A DNA stretch of 58,233 nucleotides from Terriglobia bacterium (GTDB taxonomy: Bacteria; Acidobacteriota; Terriglobia; 20CM-2-55-15): NCBI GenBank assembly GCA_036274645.1, contig DASUFH010000292.1, positions 1-58,233 on the forward strand. The letters run 5' to 3'. Numbering within the stretch: position 1 is the first letter of the stretch; the number at the start of each line of letters is the position of its first letter. The notes beneath the pieces are model-generated. The model was not told the origin of the DNA. It searched no databases and was given only the letters and a program-made list of their open reading frames with translations. This document shows, piece after piece, positions 1 to 9,564 of this stretch. Position numbers and translations under genes: made by a program.

Positions 1-2586
1 TCGGAGATGTGGATCAGGCCATCCTGATGCACCCCGATATCGACGAACGCGCCGAAGTTGGTGACGTTGGTCACCGTTCCTTCCAGCTCCATGCCGTCCT
101 TCAGGTCCCCGATCTCCTTGACGTCATCACGATACTTCGGCGCGACGAAGCGGTCGCGCGGATCACGTCCGGGCCGCAGCAGCTCTTCGCGGATGTCGAG
201 CAGGGTGGCGCGTCCCACTCCGTCTTCCAGGGCGCGGAAGTCCACCGAACGGATATTCGTCGGATTGCCGATCAGGTCCGACACCGGCACGTTGATGGAT
301 TGCGCCATGCGTTCGACGAGCGCGTAGGACTCGGGATGAATCGTCGTGCGATCGAGCGGCTGGTCACCATCGGTGATCCGCACAAAACCCGCCGCCTGCT
401 CAAACGTCTTGTCGCTGATGCTTTCGATGGCGCGCAGTTCCTCGCGCGACCGCAGCGGTCCGGAGGTTTCACGACGCGCGACAATCTCCGCGGCGATCTT
501 CTCATTCAATCCCGAAACGTATTTCAGGAGATCCACTGAGGCCGTGTTCAGATCCACTCCCACACGGTTGACGGCGGATTCCATGGTTGTGGCCAGGCTG
601 CGTTTCAGCTGTTTCTGATCGACATCGTGCTGGTACTGGCCGACGCCGATCGATCGCGGCTCGAGCTTGACGAGTTCAGCGAGCGGATCCTGAAGCCGCC
701 GGGCGATGGACACCGCGCCGCGTACGGCGGAGTCGAGGTTCGGAAACTCTTCCCGCGCGCGTCGCGAGGACGCATAGACGGATGCGCCCGCCTCGTTCAC
801 CATCACCACGAAGACATCTTGGCCGCTCTTCTGAAGGGTGGCGCGGGCGAAGGCTTCCGCTTCGCGGGAGCCGGCGCCATTACCGATGACCACGCCGCGG
901 ACGCCGTGTTTCGACATGAGGTCGAGCAGCGTCTTTTCCGCGCCTTCCACATCGGGCTCAGGTTCAGCGGGACGAATTACCTGGTGCTCGACAAGTTTGC
1001 CGGCGCTGTCCACGACGGCAACCTTGCATCCGTTCTTGAGACCCGGCTCGATGCCGATCATCGCGATGGGGCCGGCCGGCGGCGCCATCAGCAGCGCCCG
1101 CAGGTTCTCCTCGAACACCCGGATGGCCTCGGCCTCGGCGCGCTCGCGCAGGGCCGACCGGACCTCATTCTGAATGGAAGGAGCGATGAGACGGTCATAG
1201 GCGTCTCGCACGGCCAGTTCAAGGTACGTCGCGAAAGTGGATCCCGGTGTTTTCACGATCTCGGCGTTCAGTCCGGCCATGAACGCGTCACGATCGATCT
1301 CCACCGCATACGACAGCACCATTTCACGGCTGCCGCGCCGGATCGCGAGCATCCGGTGCGAGGGAATCCTGGCGACCGGCTCCTCGAACTTGTAGTACAT
1401 CTCGTATTTAGTCTTTTCCGATTCCTTGCCCGGCAGGGCGCGCGCGCGAACCACGCCTTCAGCCCACAGCCGTTCGCGGTACCTTCGGCGGAAATCGGCG
1501 TTTTCGCCGATGCGCTCGGCGAGAATGTCGAGCGCTCCGTTGACCGCTTCTTCGGCGGACCGCACGCTCCGGTCGAGCGGCCCTTTTGCTTTTTGGACGG
1601 GCGCGGGCGCAGGCAGCGGCCCCGATTCTGGTTCGGCCGTTGCAGCGGTGGTTGCAACGCTGGGCGTATCGGCGGAAGACTGGGGTTCCGCCGCGATGGT
1701 ATCGGCCGGCGCCGCGGCTTCCTCTGCGGTCGTGGTATCGGCCGGCGCTGCGGCTTCCTCTGCGGGCGTGGTATCGGCCGGCGCTGCGGCTTCCTCTGCG
1801 GGCGCGGTATCGGCCGGCGCTGCGGCTTCCTCTGCGGGCGTGGTATCGGCCGGCGCTGCGGCTTCCTCTGCGGGCGCGGTAATGGGTGAAGATTCGCCGC
1901 CGACCACTGATGCGCTATCGGCGCTCTCGCTAACCGGCAAGGTCGGAACCGTCGCGTCGGTAACCGACATGGCCACCACAGCCGGGTCGGGATCGGCCGG
2001 CGCCACTTCCGCGCCGGTCAGGATATCGTACGCGGCCAGGATGACTGCTCCATGGCTTTCGTGGCTTTCGTCGTTCCCACCGGAGACTTCCTGGGTTTCT
2101 GCCGGAGGGGGCGCTGCCGGATCGACGCTTTCCGGCGATACGGTCACGAAGCGCTGGGCGTAAACCTCCACCGGTTCCTCGCCAGTCTGTTCCCAGATGT
2201 AGTCGGCCAGGGGCCCCAGTCCGCGCTCGATCGCGGCGCGGGAGCGGCTCTTCCGTCTGGACCGGAACGGCAGATACAGATCGTCGAGTTCGGTTTTGAC
2301 CAGGCTCCCGAGAATTGTCGCTTTCAATTCTTCGGTGAGCTTGCCCTGTTTTTCGATCGACGCGATGATGGACTGCCGGCGGTCCTCCAGCGCGCGGTAG
2401 ACTCCCCGCAATTCGTCGATTTCACGGAGACGAGCTTCGTCCAGGCTGCCGGTGGCTTCCTTGCGATAGCGGGCGATGAAGGGAATCGTCGCGCCGCTCT
2501 CGAGCAGGCTGATGGTGGCTTCCACCCGCGATACGGGAACGCCAGTCTGGGTGCCGATTCGCGCAAGCGCTTCTGGGTTTAGCATG
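1..2586 (-). CDS. tex: Tex-like transcription accessory protein (S1 RNA-binding domain protein); 3' end truncated by window edge
   Basis: Absent from the ORF track because it runs off the left edge. Manual minus-strand translation from ATG 2586..2584 (GGAGAG 13 nt upstream) gives MLNPEALARIGTQTGVPVSRVEATISLLESGATIPFIARYRKEATGSLDE (Tex N-terminal HTH). Later segments look like YqgF and HhH regions (VGVDLNTASVDLLKYVSGL). The S1 domain starts at the edge ([35 protein letters not shown]). The listed plus-strand ORFs 9..539 and 627..1889 are antisense shadows. Confidence 0.9.
1698..1878. repeat. 5 x 36-bp near-perfect tandem repeat, in frame inside tex (encodes TPAEEAAAPADT x5)
   Basis: The unit ggtatcggccggcgctgcggcttcctctgcgggcgt repeats head to tail five times with 1-3 substitutions per copy. 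Confidence 0.9.
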
Positions 2587-2616
2587 GCCTGTGAACTCTC
2601 CGCATTATTCCACAAC

Positions 2617-3771
2617 TCATTTCTTTTGCCGCAACTCAATCCCGCGGCGCCGTCCTTCGGTGTCGACCCAGTCACGGAATGTCCGCCGGATCTCCGCATT
2701 ACGGCGCATATTTTCCCTGGCGCGGATCTCATGGTCAAAGGTGACGAGGCCCGCGCGCCCGACGTCCTGCTGGATTTTGTACTGACTTTCCATCACGTCG
2801 AGTAGGTCCTGAATCAGGCTGTCGGCGGTTTCGTCCATCGATGGGGCCCGGCGGAGATGATCCAGCGCCGCGGCCGTTTCGTTCATGGATTCGGCCACAC
2901 GCGGTGTTTCCCGGGAAGCGATGGCCGTAATGGAATGATCAAAAGCCTCTTGCGCCTCATTGATGACGCTCACGAAGTCCCGTGTCTGCCTGGCGCCTCC
3001 ATCCGACGGCGTCCACGAAACGGAGTAGCCGTTCAGTGAGATCGGCGGTCCATCATAGTGACGGTAGACCTGAAAGAAAGCCAGCGCAATTGCGCCGATC
3101 GTGACCGCCTGAAACATTCGGAAACCGCCCCCGTCCGTCTCTCCCGGGGGCTGGAAGGGAAGCATTGCCGCGATCAATCCTCCCGCAACCAGCCCGCCAA
3201 TATGCGCAGAATTGTCCACGATACTCATGCTGTAACCAATCAGCAGATTGATTCCGATGACGGGCAGCACGCTGCGGATGACCGCCTGACGGAAAAACGG
3301 CGGGATCTGGTTCCGGTGTCGCAGGCCGAAGCCGAGCAGCGCGCCGAAGAGGCCGAAGATCGCGCCGGACGCGCCGGCGGACAGCGGCTGCGGATTAAAG
3401 TAGTAAGACGCGCCTACTCCCGCAATACCAGCGCCCAGATAAAGAAGCATGTAGCGCCCACCGCCGTACAGGCGCTCCACTTGAGGGCCGACGACCCACA
3501 GCGCATACGAATTGGAGAGAATATGCAGGATTCCGATGTGAAGGAACACCGGCGTCAGGAATCGCCAGAACTCGCCCTTATCAATGGCGGGATTCCACTT
3601 GGCGCCAAACGCCCGGAGGGTGTCGTTGTTCGTCGTTCCCCCGGCGAAGAACATCAGGACAAAAAGCAGGAAATTGATTCCGAGAAGGATGTACGTGAAC
3701 CGGACCGGACTGCGCTGGAGGCCAACGACAAATTCGTAATCGCGTTGTTCAAGCACGCCGACGCCGCTCAC
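2617..3771 (-). CDS. rhomboid family intramembrane serine protease with C-terminal soluble extension
   Basis: 384-aa ORF with multiple TM helices. It has the rhomboid catalytic motifs GASGAIFGLFGA (Ser) and AHIGGLVAGG (His). The GTG start overlaps the stop of the upstream DHH gene (GTGA). Confidence 0.85.
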   Translation of the reverse strand: MSGVGVLEQRDYEFVVGLQRSPVRFTYILLGINFLLFVLMFFAGGTTNNDTLRAFGAKWNPAIDKGEFWRFLTPVFLHIGILHILSNSYALWVVGPQVERLYGGGRYMLLYLGAGIAGVGASYYFNPQPLSAGASGAIFGLFGALLGFGLRHRNQIPPFFRQAVIRSVLPVIGINLLIGYSMSIVDNSAHIGGLVAGGLIAAMLPFQPPGETDGGGFRMFQAVTIGAIALAFFQVYRHYDGPPISLNGYSVSWTPSDGGARQTRDFVSVINEAQEAFDHSITAIASRETPRVAESMNETAAALDHLRRAPSMDETADSLIQDLLDVMESQYKIQQDVGRAGLVTFDHEIRARENMRRNAEIRRTFRDWVDTEGRRRGIELRQKK

Positions 3772-4745
3772 GCTCCGGCGAGATCGCGCTGGAGTTTCTG
3801 AGCGATCTCGCGAGCGGCCGTCCGGGCGTTTTCCAGTTCATCGGGTTTGAATGAAATGGCCGCCACCACCGCGTGCCCTCCCCCGCCGTAGTGTTCGCAG
3901 AGTTTGGCCAGGTTATGGATGCGCTCGCGCGGACTCCACGGATTGGTGCCGACGGAAACCTTGGCCCGGGAAGCGGAACGGCTCACGCCGACGGAATAGA
4001 CACTTTGCGGGAACAGGTAATACGGGATGAACTTGTTGTATCCGTCCAGATTCCGGTCGCTCACGTCGAATTCGATGACGCCCTTGTCGCATCTGGCGCG
4101 TTCGCCGAGCAGACCGATTGACGCGAGATGTTTTTCATGCAGAGCCTCGAATGCGGCGCGCACTTCGGGTTCGTCCAGTGTCCGGGCCAGGGTCTGGCGC
4201 TGCATGAGCCGGATGATCTTGTGCAGCATGGCGCGTTCGTGCGTTCCTTCGATCACCATCATCAGTCGGAGCGCGGGTTCCTTGAGTTCGACAGCCATCT
4301 GCGCGCTGGGGAACTGCGCTCCGTCGATGATGTCGGCCCAGTGGATGAGTTCTTCGAGATCGGCGGCGGCAAATCCGAACTTCTTCTTCGTTTCCGAAGC
4401 GATGTATTTGGTGCACGACTTGAAGCTGGGATCGTGAAATTTCCGTCCACTGGTGTCCCTGCGGAAATGCGCTTCGTCCTCCGGCGAAAGAAACGCGCTT
4501 TCGTGATGGTCGAACCACCAGGTGAGGTGATCCGACGCGCTGTATTTGAAGTCCACGATCACGTTGTCGTCCGGTCCGAACGCCACATCGTCCATGGTCT
4601 GGTTGGCGCGGTGGCTCAGGCCGGCGTATTCGATGTCGGCGTCCGGCGCCACCGTGGCCTGGTAGAACCGGGAAAAGACGGCCGCGGACGCCAGTCCGTC
4701 GAAACAGTTGTCGTGATAAAGGACGCGCAGGTGTTTCATCGTCAT
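3768..4745 (-). CDS. DHH/DHHA1 family phosphoesterase
   Basis: 325 aa. N-terminal YHDNCFDGLASAA, a DHH motif in WWFDHHES, and a DHHA1 GGGGH motif near the C-terminus. Confidence 0.75.
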   Translation of the reverse strand: MTMKHLRVLYHDNCFDGLASAAVFSRFYQATVAPDADIEYAGLSHRANQTMDDVAFGPDDNVIVDFKYSASDHLTWWFDHHESAFLSPEDEAHFRRDTSGRKFHDPSFKSCTKYIASETKKKFGFAAADLEELIHWADIIDGAQFPSAQMAVELKEPALRLMMVIEGTHERAMLHKIIRLMQRQTLARTLDEPEVRAAFEALHEKHLASIGLLGERARCDKGVIEFDVSDRNLDGYNKFIPYYLFPQSVYSVGVSRSASRAKVSVGTNPWSPRERIHNLAKLCEHYGGGGHAVVAAISFKPDELENARTAAREIAQKLQRDLAGA

Positions 4746-4787
4746 TACATGTTTGCCTGCGCCCTATCGGGCTTGCATTCGCAGCTC

Positions 4788-5963
4788 TTATTTCAAAAGG
4801 TACCTGGCAATCGTCTGCAGTTGCATATTGGACGTGCCCTCGTAAATCTTGCCGATCTTCGAATCCCGAAAATACTTCTCGGCGGGATAGTCCCTCGTGT
4901 AGCCGTAGCCACCGTAGATCTCAACCACCATCGATGTGACCCGCTCGGCAACCTGCGACGCGAAGTATTTTGCCATAGCCGCTTCCTTGAGAAAGCTGTC
5001 GCCGGCATCCTTCAGCCGCGCCGCGTTGTATACCATGAGCCGGGCCGCTTCGATGTCGGTGGCGGCCTCGGCCAGCTGGAACTGGACGGCCTGGAATTCT
5101 GCGATCGGTTTTCCGAAGGCGTGCCGCTCTTTGGCGTAATCGCGACCACATTCCCAGCTGCCCTGGGCCAGGCCCACCATCTGGGCGCCGATTCCGATCC
5201 GGCCTTCGTTTAATGTCTCGATCGCAATCTTGTATCCCTTGCCTGCTTCTCCGAGCACGCTTTCTTCCGGAACCACACAATTCTCGAGGATCAGCTCGCA
5301 CGTGCTGGAGGCGCGGATGCCGAGCTTATCCTCCTTCCGGCCCACGGAAAACCCCGGGGTATCCCGTTCGATAATGAACGCGGTTATTCCACGGTAGCCT
5401 GCCGCCGGATCAATGTTGGCGAAGACGATGAAAATTTCCGCCTCCGCCGCGTTCGTGATCCACAGCTTCCGGCCGTTGATCGTATAGCCGCCCTCCGAGG
5501 CGACGGCGCGCGCCGCCAGCGCGAACGCGTCGCTGCCCGATCCGGCTTCGGACAGGGCATAGGCCCCGACAGCGCTTTCGGCCAGGCGCGGCAGCAGACG
5601 GCTTTTCTGCTCTTCGCTGCCCCACCGCATGATGGCGTTGTTCACGAGCGTGTTCTGGACATCGACGAACACGCCGAACGACGCGTCCACCCGGGAGATC
5701 TCCTCCACCGCGAGGACCGACATGAAGAAGCTCCCTCCCGCGCCTCCATACTGGTCGGGCACGTGGATGGACATCAACCCCATCTCGAAAAGCTCCGGGA
5801 TCACCCCGGAGTCCAGTCTGGCCGCCTCGTCCATCTGCCGCACAAGCGGGCGAATGCGCTTTTCGGCGAAGGATCGGCAGGAGTCGGCAAAGAGCCGCTC
5901 GTCCTCCGCAAGCACAGTCAACGGAGCGCGTCCGGCAGATTCCGTTCCGGTCTTGTCACTCAT
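4788..5963 (-). CDS. acyl-CoA dehydrogenase (short/branched-chain type)
   Basis: 391 aa with typical ACAD segments: YALSEAGSGSDAF, WITNAAEAEIF, IYEGTSNMQLQTIARYLL. Confidence 0.9.
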   Translation of the reverse strand: MSDKTGTESAGRAPLTVLAEDERLFADSCRSFAEKRIRPLVRQMDEAARLDSGVIPELFEMGLMSIHVPDQYGGAGGSFFMSVLAVEEISRVDASFGVFVDVQNTLVNNAIMRWGSEEQKSRLLPRLAESAVGAYALSEAGSGSDAFALAARAVASEGGYTINGRKLWITNAAEAEIFIVFANIDPAAGYRGITAFIIERDTPGFSVGRKEDKLGIRASSTCELILENCVVPEESVLGEAGKGYKIAIETLNEGRIGIGAQMVGLAQGSWECGRDYAKERHAFGKPIAEFQAVQFQLAEAATDIEAARLMVYNAARLKDAGDSFLKEAAMAKYFASQVAERVTSMVVEIYGGYGYTRDYPAEKYFRDSKIGKIYEGTSNMQLQTIARYLLK

Positions 5964-5999
5964 CGTTCACCTGCTCTTTTCCACCCGGGAAAATCGGAC

Positions 6000-6008
6000 A
6001 TTATAGCA
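6000..6008 (-). promoter_or_regulatory. putative extended -10 element (TGCTATAAT) for the acyl-CoA dehydrogenase gene
   Basis: The minus strand reads TGCTATAAT, about 37 nt upstream of ATG 5963. A perfect TATAAT with a TGn extension stands out in this GC-rich DNA. Confidence 0.4.
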
Positions 6009-6033
6009 AAGATCAGGGCCGCGTCGCCGGGAC

Positions 6034-6042
6034 TGCTATAAT
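6034..6042 (+). promoter_or_regulatory. putative extended -10 element (TGCTATAAT) for guaA; implies a leaderless or near-leaderless mRNA
   Basis: The plus strand reads TGCTATAAT and ends 8 nt before the guaA ATG at 6051. There is no Shine-Dalgarno sequence in between. Confidence 0.4.
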
Positions 6043-6050
6043 GGCGCCCG

Positions 6051-7580
6051 ATGACAGGTTCTGAAACGATTCTCGTCCTGGATTTTGGATCCCAATACAC
6101 ACAATTGATCGGCCGGCGCATCCGCGAGTCGAATGTTTATTCGGAGATCCTGCCGTTCAACACCGCTCTCGACGATATCCGAGCCCGGCATCCGAAGGGA
6201 ATTGTCCTGTCGGGCGGACCGGATTCGGTCTACGAGGCGGGCGCTCCAGCGTGCGACACCGGTGTTTTCGGCCTCGGTGTTCCGGTTCTCGGCGTCTGCT
6301 ATGGCATGCAGCTGATCGCCCGGGAACTCGGTGGACACGTGGAACCCGCCGCCCAACGCGAATATGGCTCGCGATCGATCCGCTCCACCGGCGACTCCCG
6401 CCTGGTGGGCGGTCTGGATCGCGTCTGGATGAGTCATGGCGACCACATCCTTGCGCCGCCGCCAGGATTCGAGGTGACGGCCAAAAGCGATACGACCATG
6501 GCCGCCATGGAAAATCGGGAACGTGGAATCTACGGGATTCAGTTTCATCCCGAGGTGACGCACACCTCGAACGGGACCGAACTGCTCCGCCGGTTCGTTT
6601 TCGATATCTGCAAATGTTCGGGGGACTGGACCATCGGCTCGTTCATCGATCGGGCCATCGAACGCATCCGCGAACAGGTCGGCGGCGGACGGGCCGTTTG
6701 CGCGATCAGTGGGGGCGTGGATTCCACGGTGGCCGCCACGCTGGTCGCTCGCGCCATTGGCGACCGCCTGACCGGCGTGTTCGTCGACAACGGACTCCTC
6801 CGGAAGAACGAGTTTCAGAAAGTCCTCGCCATCCTCCAGAATCAGCTCGGACTCAATGTGCGTGGCGTGGACGCTTCCGCCCGCTTTCTCCGGCGCCTGG
6901 AAGGCGTTACCGATCCGGAAGCCAAGCGAAAGATCATCGGTGAGGAATTCATTCGCGTCTTCGAGGATGAGGCGAACTCCATCGGCGCCGTCGACTTCCT
7001 CGTGCAGGGAACCCTGTATCCGGACGTCATCGAATCCGTTTCGGTCAAGGGGCCCTCGCAAACCATCAAGTCTCACCACAACGTCGGCGGATTGCCCGCC
7101 CAGATGCGGCTCAAACTCGTCGAGCCCCTGCGCGAGCTTTTCAAAGACGAGGTCCGCCGCGTCGGCATCGAACTCGGACTTCCCGAGGAAATGGTCTGGC
7201 GGCAGCCCTTCCCGGGACCCGGACTGGCCGTTCGGGTTATGGGAGAGGTTACGGCCGAGTCCGTCCAGCTCCTTCAGGAGGCGGATGACATCCTGGTCTC
7301 GGAAATCAAGAAGGCTGGACTGTATCGCGAGATCTGGCAATCGTTCGGCGTGCTGCTGCCGGTCCGCAGCGTGGGTGTCATGGGCGACAACCGGACCTAC
7401 GATCGCGCTCTCGCGATCCGGGCGGTTCACAGCTCCGACGGAATGACGGCCGACTGGGTTCGACTTCCTTACGATGTGCTGAATACGATTTCCAGCCGGA
7501 TCGTGAATGAGGTGAAGGGAATCAATCGCGTCGTGTACGACGTGACATCGAAACCACCCGCGACCATCGAGTGGGAATAG
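6051..7580 (+). CDS. guaA: glutamine-hydrolysing GMP synthase
   Basis: 509 aa. GATase domain ([28 protein letters not shown]), ATP-PPase SGGVDS motif, and the conserved C-terminus [10 protein letters not shown]. Confidence 0.97.
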   Translation: MTGSETILVLDFGSQYTQLIGRRIRESNVYSEILPFNTALDDIRARHPKGIVLSGGPDSVYEAGAPACDTGVFGLGVPVLGVCYGMQLIARELGGHVEPAAQREYGSRSIRSTGDSRLVGGLDRVWMSHGDHILAPPPGFEVTAKSDTTMAAMENRERGIYGIQFHPEVTHTSNGTELLRRFVFDICKCSGDWTIGSFIDRAIERIREQVGGGRAVCAISGGVDSTVAATLVARAIGDRLTGVFVDNGLLRKNEFQKVLAILQNQLGLNVRGVDASARFLRRLEGVTDPEAKRKIIGEEFIRVFEDEANSIGAVDFLVQGTLYPDVIESVSVKGPSQTIKSHHNVGGLPAQMRLKLVEPLRELFKDEVRRVGIELGLPEEMVWRQPFPGPGLAVRVMGEVTAESVQLLQEADDILVSEIKKAGLYREIWQSFGVLLPVRSVGVMGDNRTYDRALAIRAVHSSDGMTADWVRLPYDVLNTISSRIVNEVKGINRVVYDVTSKPPATIEWE

Positions 7581-7607
7581 CCGCGGGTGTCGGGGCGGTC
7601 TCTCCAT

Positions 7608-7749
7608 CCCCGGTTGTCCATTGTCCATTGACTGTTGTCGATTGTCCGATGAACTTCTTTCATTGTTCGTTGTCCGGCTTGCCGGAGCGAACAATGAAAG
7701 AGGTACAGTTCACAATCGACAACAGTTAATGGACAACGGACAACCGGGG
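7608..7749. repeat. 142-nt nested inverted repeat (38-bp arms, 36/38 complementary, plus an inner 13-bp perfect hairpin) rich in TTGTCC motifs
   Basis: Left arm ccccggttgtccattgtccattgactgttgtcgattgt (7608..7645) pairs with right arm acaatcgacaacagttaatggacaacggacaaccgggg (7712..7749). Inner pair is ctttcattgttcg / cgaacaatgaaag. It lies between convergent genes. Confidence 0.85.
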
Positions 7750-7910
7750 ACGGACCCAAAGCGGCAGGGGCTCCTGACACGTCAGTTTCCTGCAATGCGC
7801 CTCGATCCCATCGGTACACAGCTATGGCCACCCATGCCTTCGTCTCACGAGTTTCGTTCCTGAAAGGGAACCGCCGATCGATTGGGAATTCGCAGGCGCG
7901 GAGTGGAACG

Positions 7911-8087
7911 CTACAGCGGGAAGGGACGCATGATCCACCCCAGAATGATGGCCGCTCCGAGGAAGTAGATCAGAATCCGCACGCCGTAACGAAACTGCTC
8001 GCGCGGTGTGTTCTTCGTGACGAGCGCAAAGACAGTCGATACCGCGACCGAAAAGATGAACAGCGCTGAAAAGTGCGAAAGGGTCAT
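7911..8087 (-). CDS. small two-TM membrane protein (58 aa), not in ORF track
   Basis: Manual translation: MTLSHFSALFIFSVAVSTVFALVTKNTPREQFRYGVRILIYFLGAAIILGWIMRPFPL. ATG 8087..8085 overlaps the TGA of the upstream gene (ATGA coupling). Two hydrophobic helices. Confidence 0.5.
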   Translation of the reverse strand: MTLSHFSALFIFSVAVSTVFALVTKNTPREQFRYGVRILIYFLGAAIILGWIMRPFPL

Positions 8088-8635
8088 GGCTTGCGGCCCA
8101 GCGCGACGTCAAACGCGTCGAGCATGATCAGGTAGTTCAGTAACCCCGCCACCCAGAGAAACTTTTCTCCGTAGTCGTAGGACCGGTTGGCCAGGTTTCC
8201 CTCGCCCGCGCCCATACGTGTGGCGACGAAGTAGGGAAGTCCGACGCCGGCGTCGCCAAAGAACTCCAGAGCCTGGAGCGGAATGGACTGCGCTGTCGGC
8301 GTGCGGTCGAAGGCCCAGCCGTACAGCTTTCCTTCCATTCCCAGGCCGAGAAAGAACAGCGAGAAAACGCACAGGGCGAACAGCAAACTGCGCGTCCAGC
8401 GGCCGAGAATCAGGTGCCCCAGTCCCGGAATGAGCCACGCGCCGGCCGATATAGCGATCGCGGCGCCCATGGGAATGGCGCGTGTTTCCGTGACGATTTC
8501 GGGCGCTGCCGTGAATCCGCCGAGAACCGGCTCGGGTCGTGACGGACTGTGTTCTGTGTGCGGGGTTTCCGATTCGTTAGCGTTCGGCGCGCTATCGCCG
8601 GGCTGGGCTTGCGGCAAGTCTCCGTTCGACATCAC
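8084..8635 (-). CDS. hypothetical integral membrane protein
   Basis: 183 aa with a disordered N-terminus followed by TM helices (AISAGAWLIPGLGHLILGRW, LLFALCVFSLFFLGLG). Start is GTG 8635 or ATG 8632. It overlaps the yggU 3' end by about 40 nt. Confidence 0.6.
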   Translation of the reverse strand: MMSNGDLPQAQPGDSAPNANESETPHTEHSPSRPEPVLGGFTAAPEIVTETRAIPMGAAIAISAGAWLIPGLGHLILGRWTRSLLFALCVFSLFFLGLGMEGKLYGWAFDRTPTAQSIPLQALEFFGDAGVGLPYFVATRMGAGEGNLANRSYDYGEKFLWVAGLLNYLIMLDAFDVALGRKP

Positions 8636-8954
8636 TGGCTTCCAAGCCTACAATCTCGAAAATCTTGTGTCTACTTTTTTCTCCGGAAATCAATGAGATC
8701 GCGTTCGGTTTCACGCCAATCTGCTCGGCAAGAAACGCCAGCGCGGCGCGGTTCGCCTTGCCGTCGATTGCCGGCGCGTTGATCCGCAGCACGAGACTGC
8801 CATCCCGGTAGCCCCCGAACTCCGCTTTTCGCGCATTGGGAATGACCCGTACCTTGAGCTTCACAGCCGTGTGGCGCCAATCCGGACCTTCAATTTCATG
8901 ACCGCGCTCCAAAAAGCGCCGTGCCAATCCGGATGATCGTGGCGCCCTCCTCAA
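8592..8954 (-). CDS. yggU: DUF167 (YggU) family protein; true start probably downstream (TTG 8912 or GTG 8864)
   Basis: [50 protein letters not shown] matches the YggU pattern. The longest ORF overlaps yggS by 59 nt, so a shorter form is likely. Confidence 0.75.
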   Translation of the reverse strand: MRRAPRSSGLARRFLERGHEIEGPDWRHTAVKLKVRVIPNARKAEFGGYRDGSLVLRINAPAIDGKANRAALAFLAEQIGVKPNAISLISGEKSRHKIFEIVGLEASDVERRLAASPARR

Positions 8955-9564
8955 TGGCGATTTCGAAATCGTGGCTCATGCCCATTGAGAGCTCACGAAG
9001 TTGCAGCTGTTCGGCCAACTCGCGCAGGCGCCGGAAATAGGGACGGGTCGATTCCGGGTCGTCCGAGTAGGGCGGAACGGTCATCAATCCTCGCAGGTCG
9101 AGATGGCGGCATTCGCGGACGATGCCGGCAAGCTCCACAAGGCCCGTTTCCGCGACCCCGCCCTTGGACGACTCTCCGCTGAGATTGGCTTCGATCAATA
9201 CGGGCAGTCTGCGGCCGGAATCCACATCGAGTTTTTTCGCGACGTCGGCGCGATCCACCGAATGGACCCAGTCGAAGTTCTCGGCAATCTTGCGGGCCTT
9301 GTTGGTCTGGATTCGGCCGATGAAGTGCCAGGTCAGAGGCGCGCCGGCAAGTTCCTCCCGCTTCGATAACGCTTCCTGCAGCCGGTTCTCGCCGATTTCC
9401 CGAACGCCACAGGCGATGGCCTCGCGAATCCGTACGGCGGGCACGGTCTTCGTAACGGCCATCAGGCGGATGTCCGCCGCATTCCTGCCGCTGCGGAGCG
9501 CAGCGGCCGCGACCCGTTCCTGAATACGACGGAGGTTGCCGGCGATTTCCGTTTCGGCGTTCAA
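8896..9564 (-). CDS. yggS: YggS family pyridoxal-phosphate homeostasis protein
   Basis: 222 aa: [73 protein letters not shown]. The TTG start overlaps the ku stop. Confidence 0.9.
   Translation of the reverse strand: MNAETEIAGNLRRIQERVAAAALRSGRNAADIRLMAVTKTVPAVRIREAIACGVREIGENRLQEALSKREELAGAPLTWHFIGRIQTNKARKIAENFDWVHSVDRADVAKKLDVDSGRRLPVLIEANLSGESSKGGVAETGLVELAGIVRECRHLDLRGLMTVPPYSDDPESTRPYFRRLRELAEQLQLRELSMGMSHDFEIAIEEGATIIRIGTALFGARS

Noticed and set aside
1698-1878. Possible CRISPR array (also considered for 43548..43672)
   Set aside because: The repeats are directly adjacent with no spacers. The first lies in frame within tex. No cas genes occur in the window.
6036-7694. 552-aa minus-strand ORF covering all of guaA
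   Set aside because: It is an antisense shadow ORF, typical of high-GC DNA. The sequence is Arg/Gly/Asp-rich with no motifs, and guaA on the opposite strand is unambiguous. The same reasoning rejects these ORFs:
- 627..1889 (+)
- 3058..3801 (+)
- 4128..5213 (+)
- 9783..10466 (+)
- 14196..15071 (+)
- 16670..17602 (+)
- 18922..20931 (-)
- 22472..24253 (+)
- 25042..26433 (+)
- 27980..29233 (+)
- 34377..35228 (+)
- 37506..38921 (-)
- 41414..42628 (-)
- 43695..44339 (-)
- 45573..46409 (-)
- 46177..47157 (-)
- 50764..51747 (+)
- 51957..53732 (+)
- 56492..57523 (+)
7608-7749. Insertion sequence or transposon bounded by inverted repeats
   Set aside because: Only 66 nt lie between the arms, leaving no coding capacity. 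I cannot verify target-site duplications. I kept it as a repeat or possible MITE, not as a mobile_element call.
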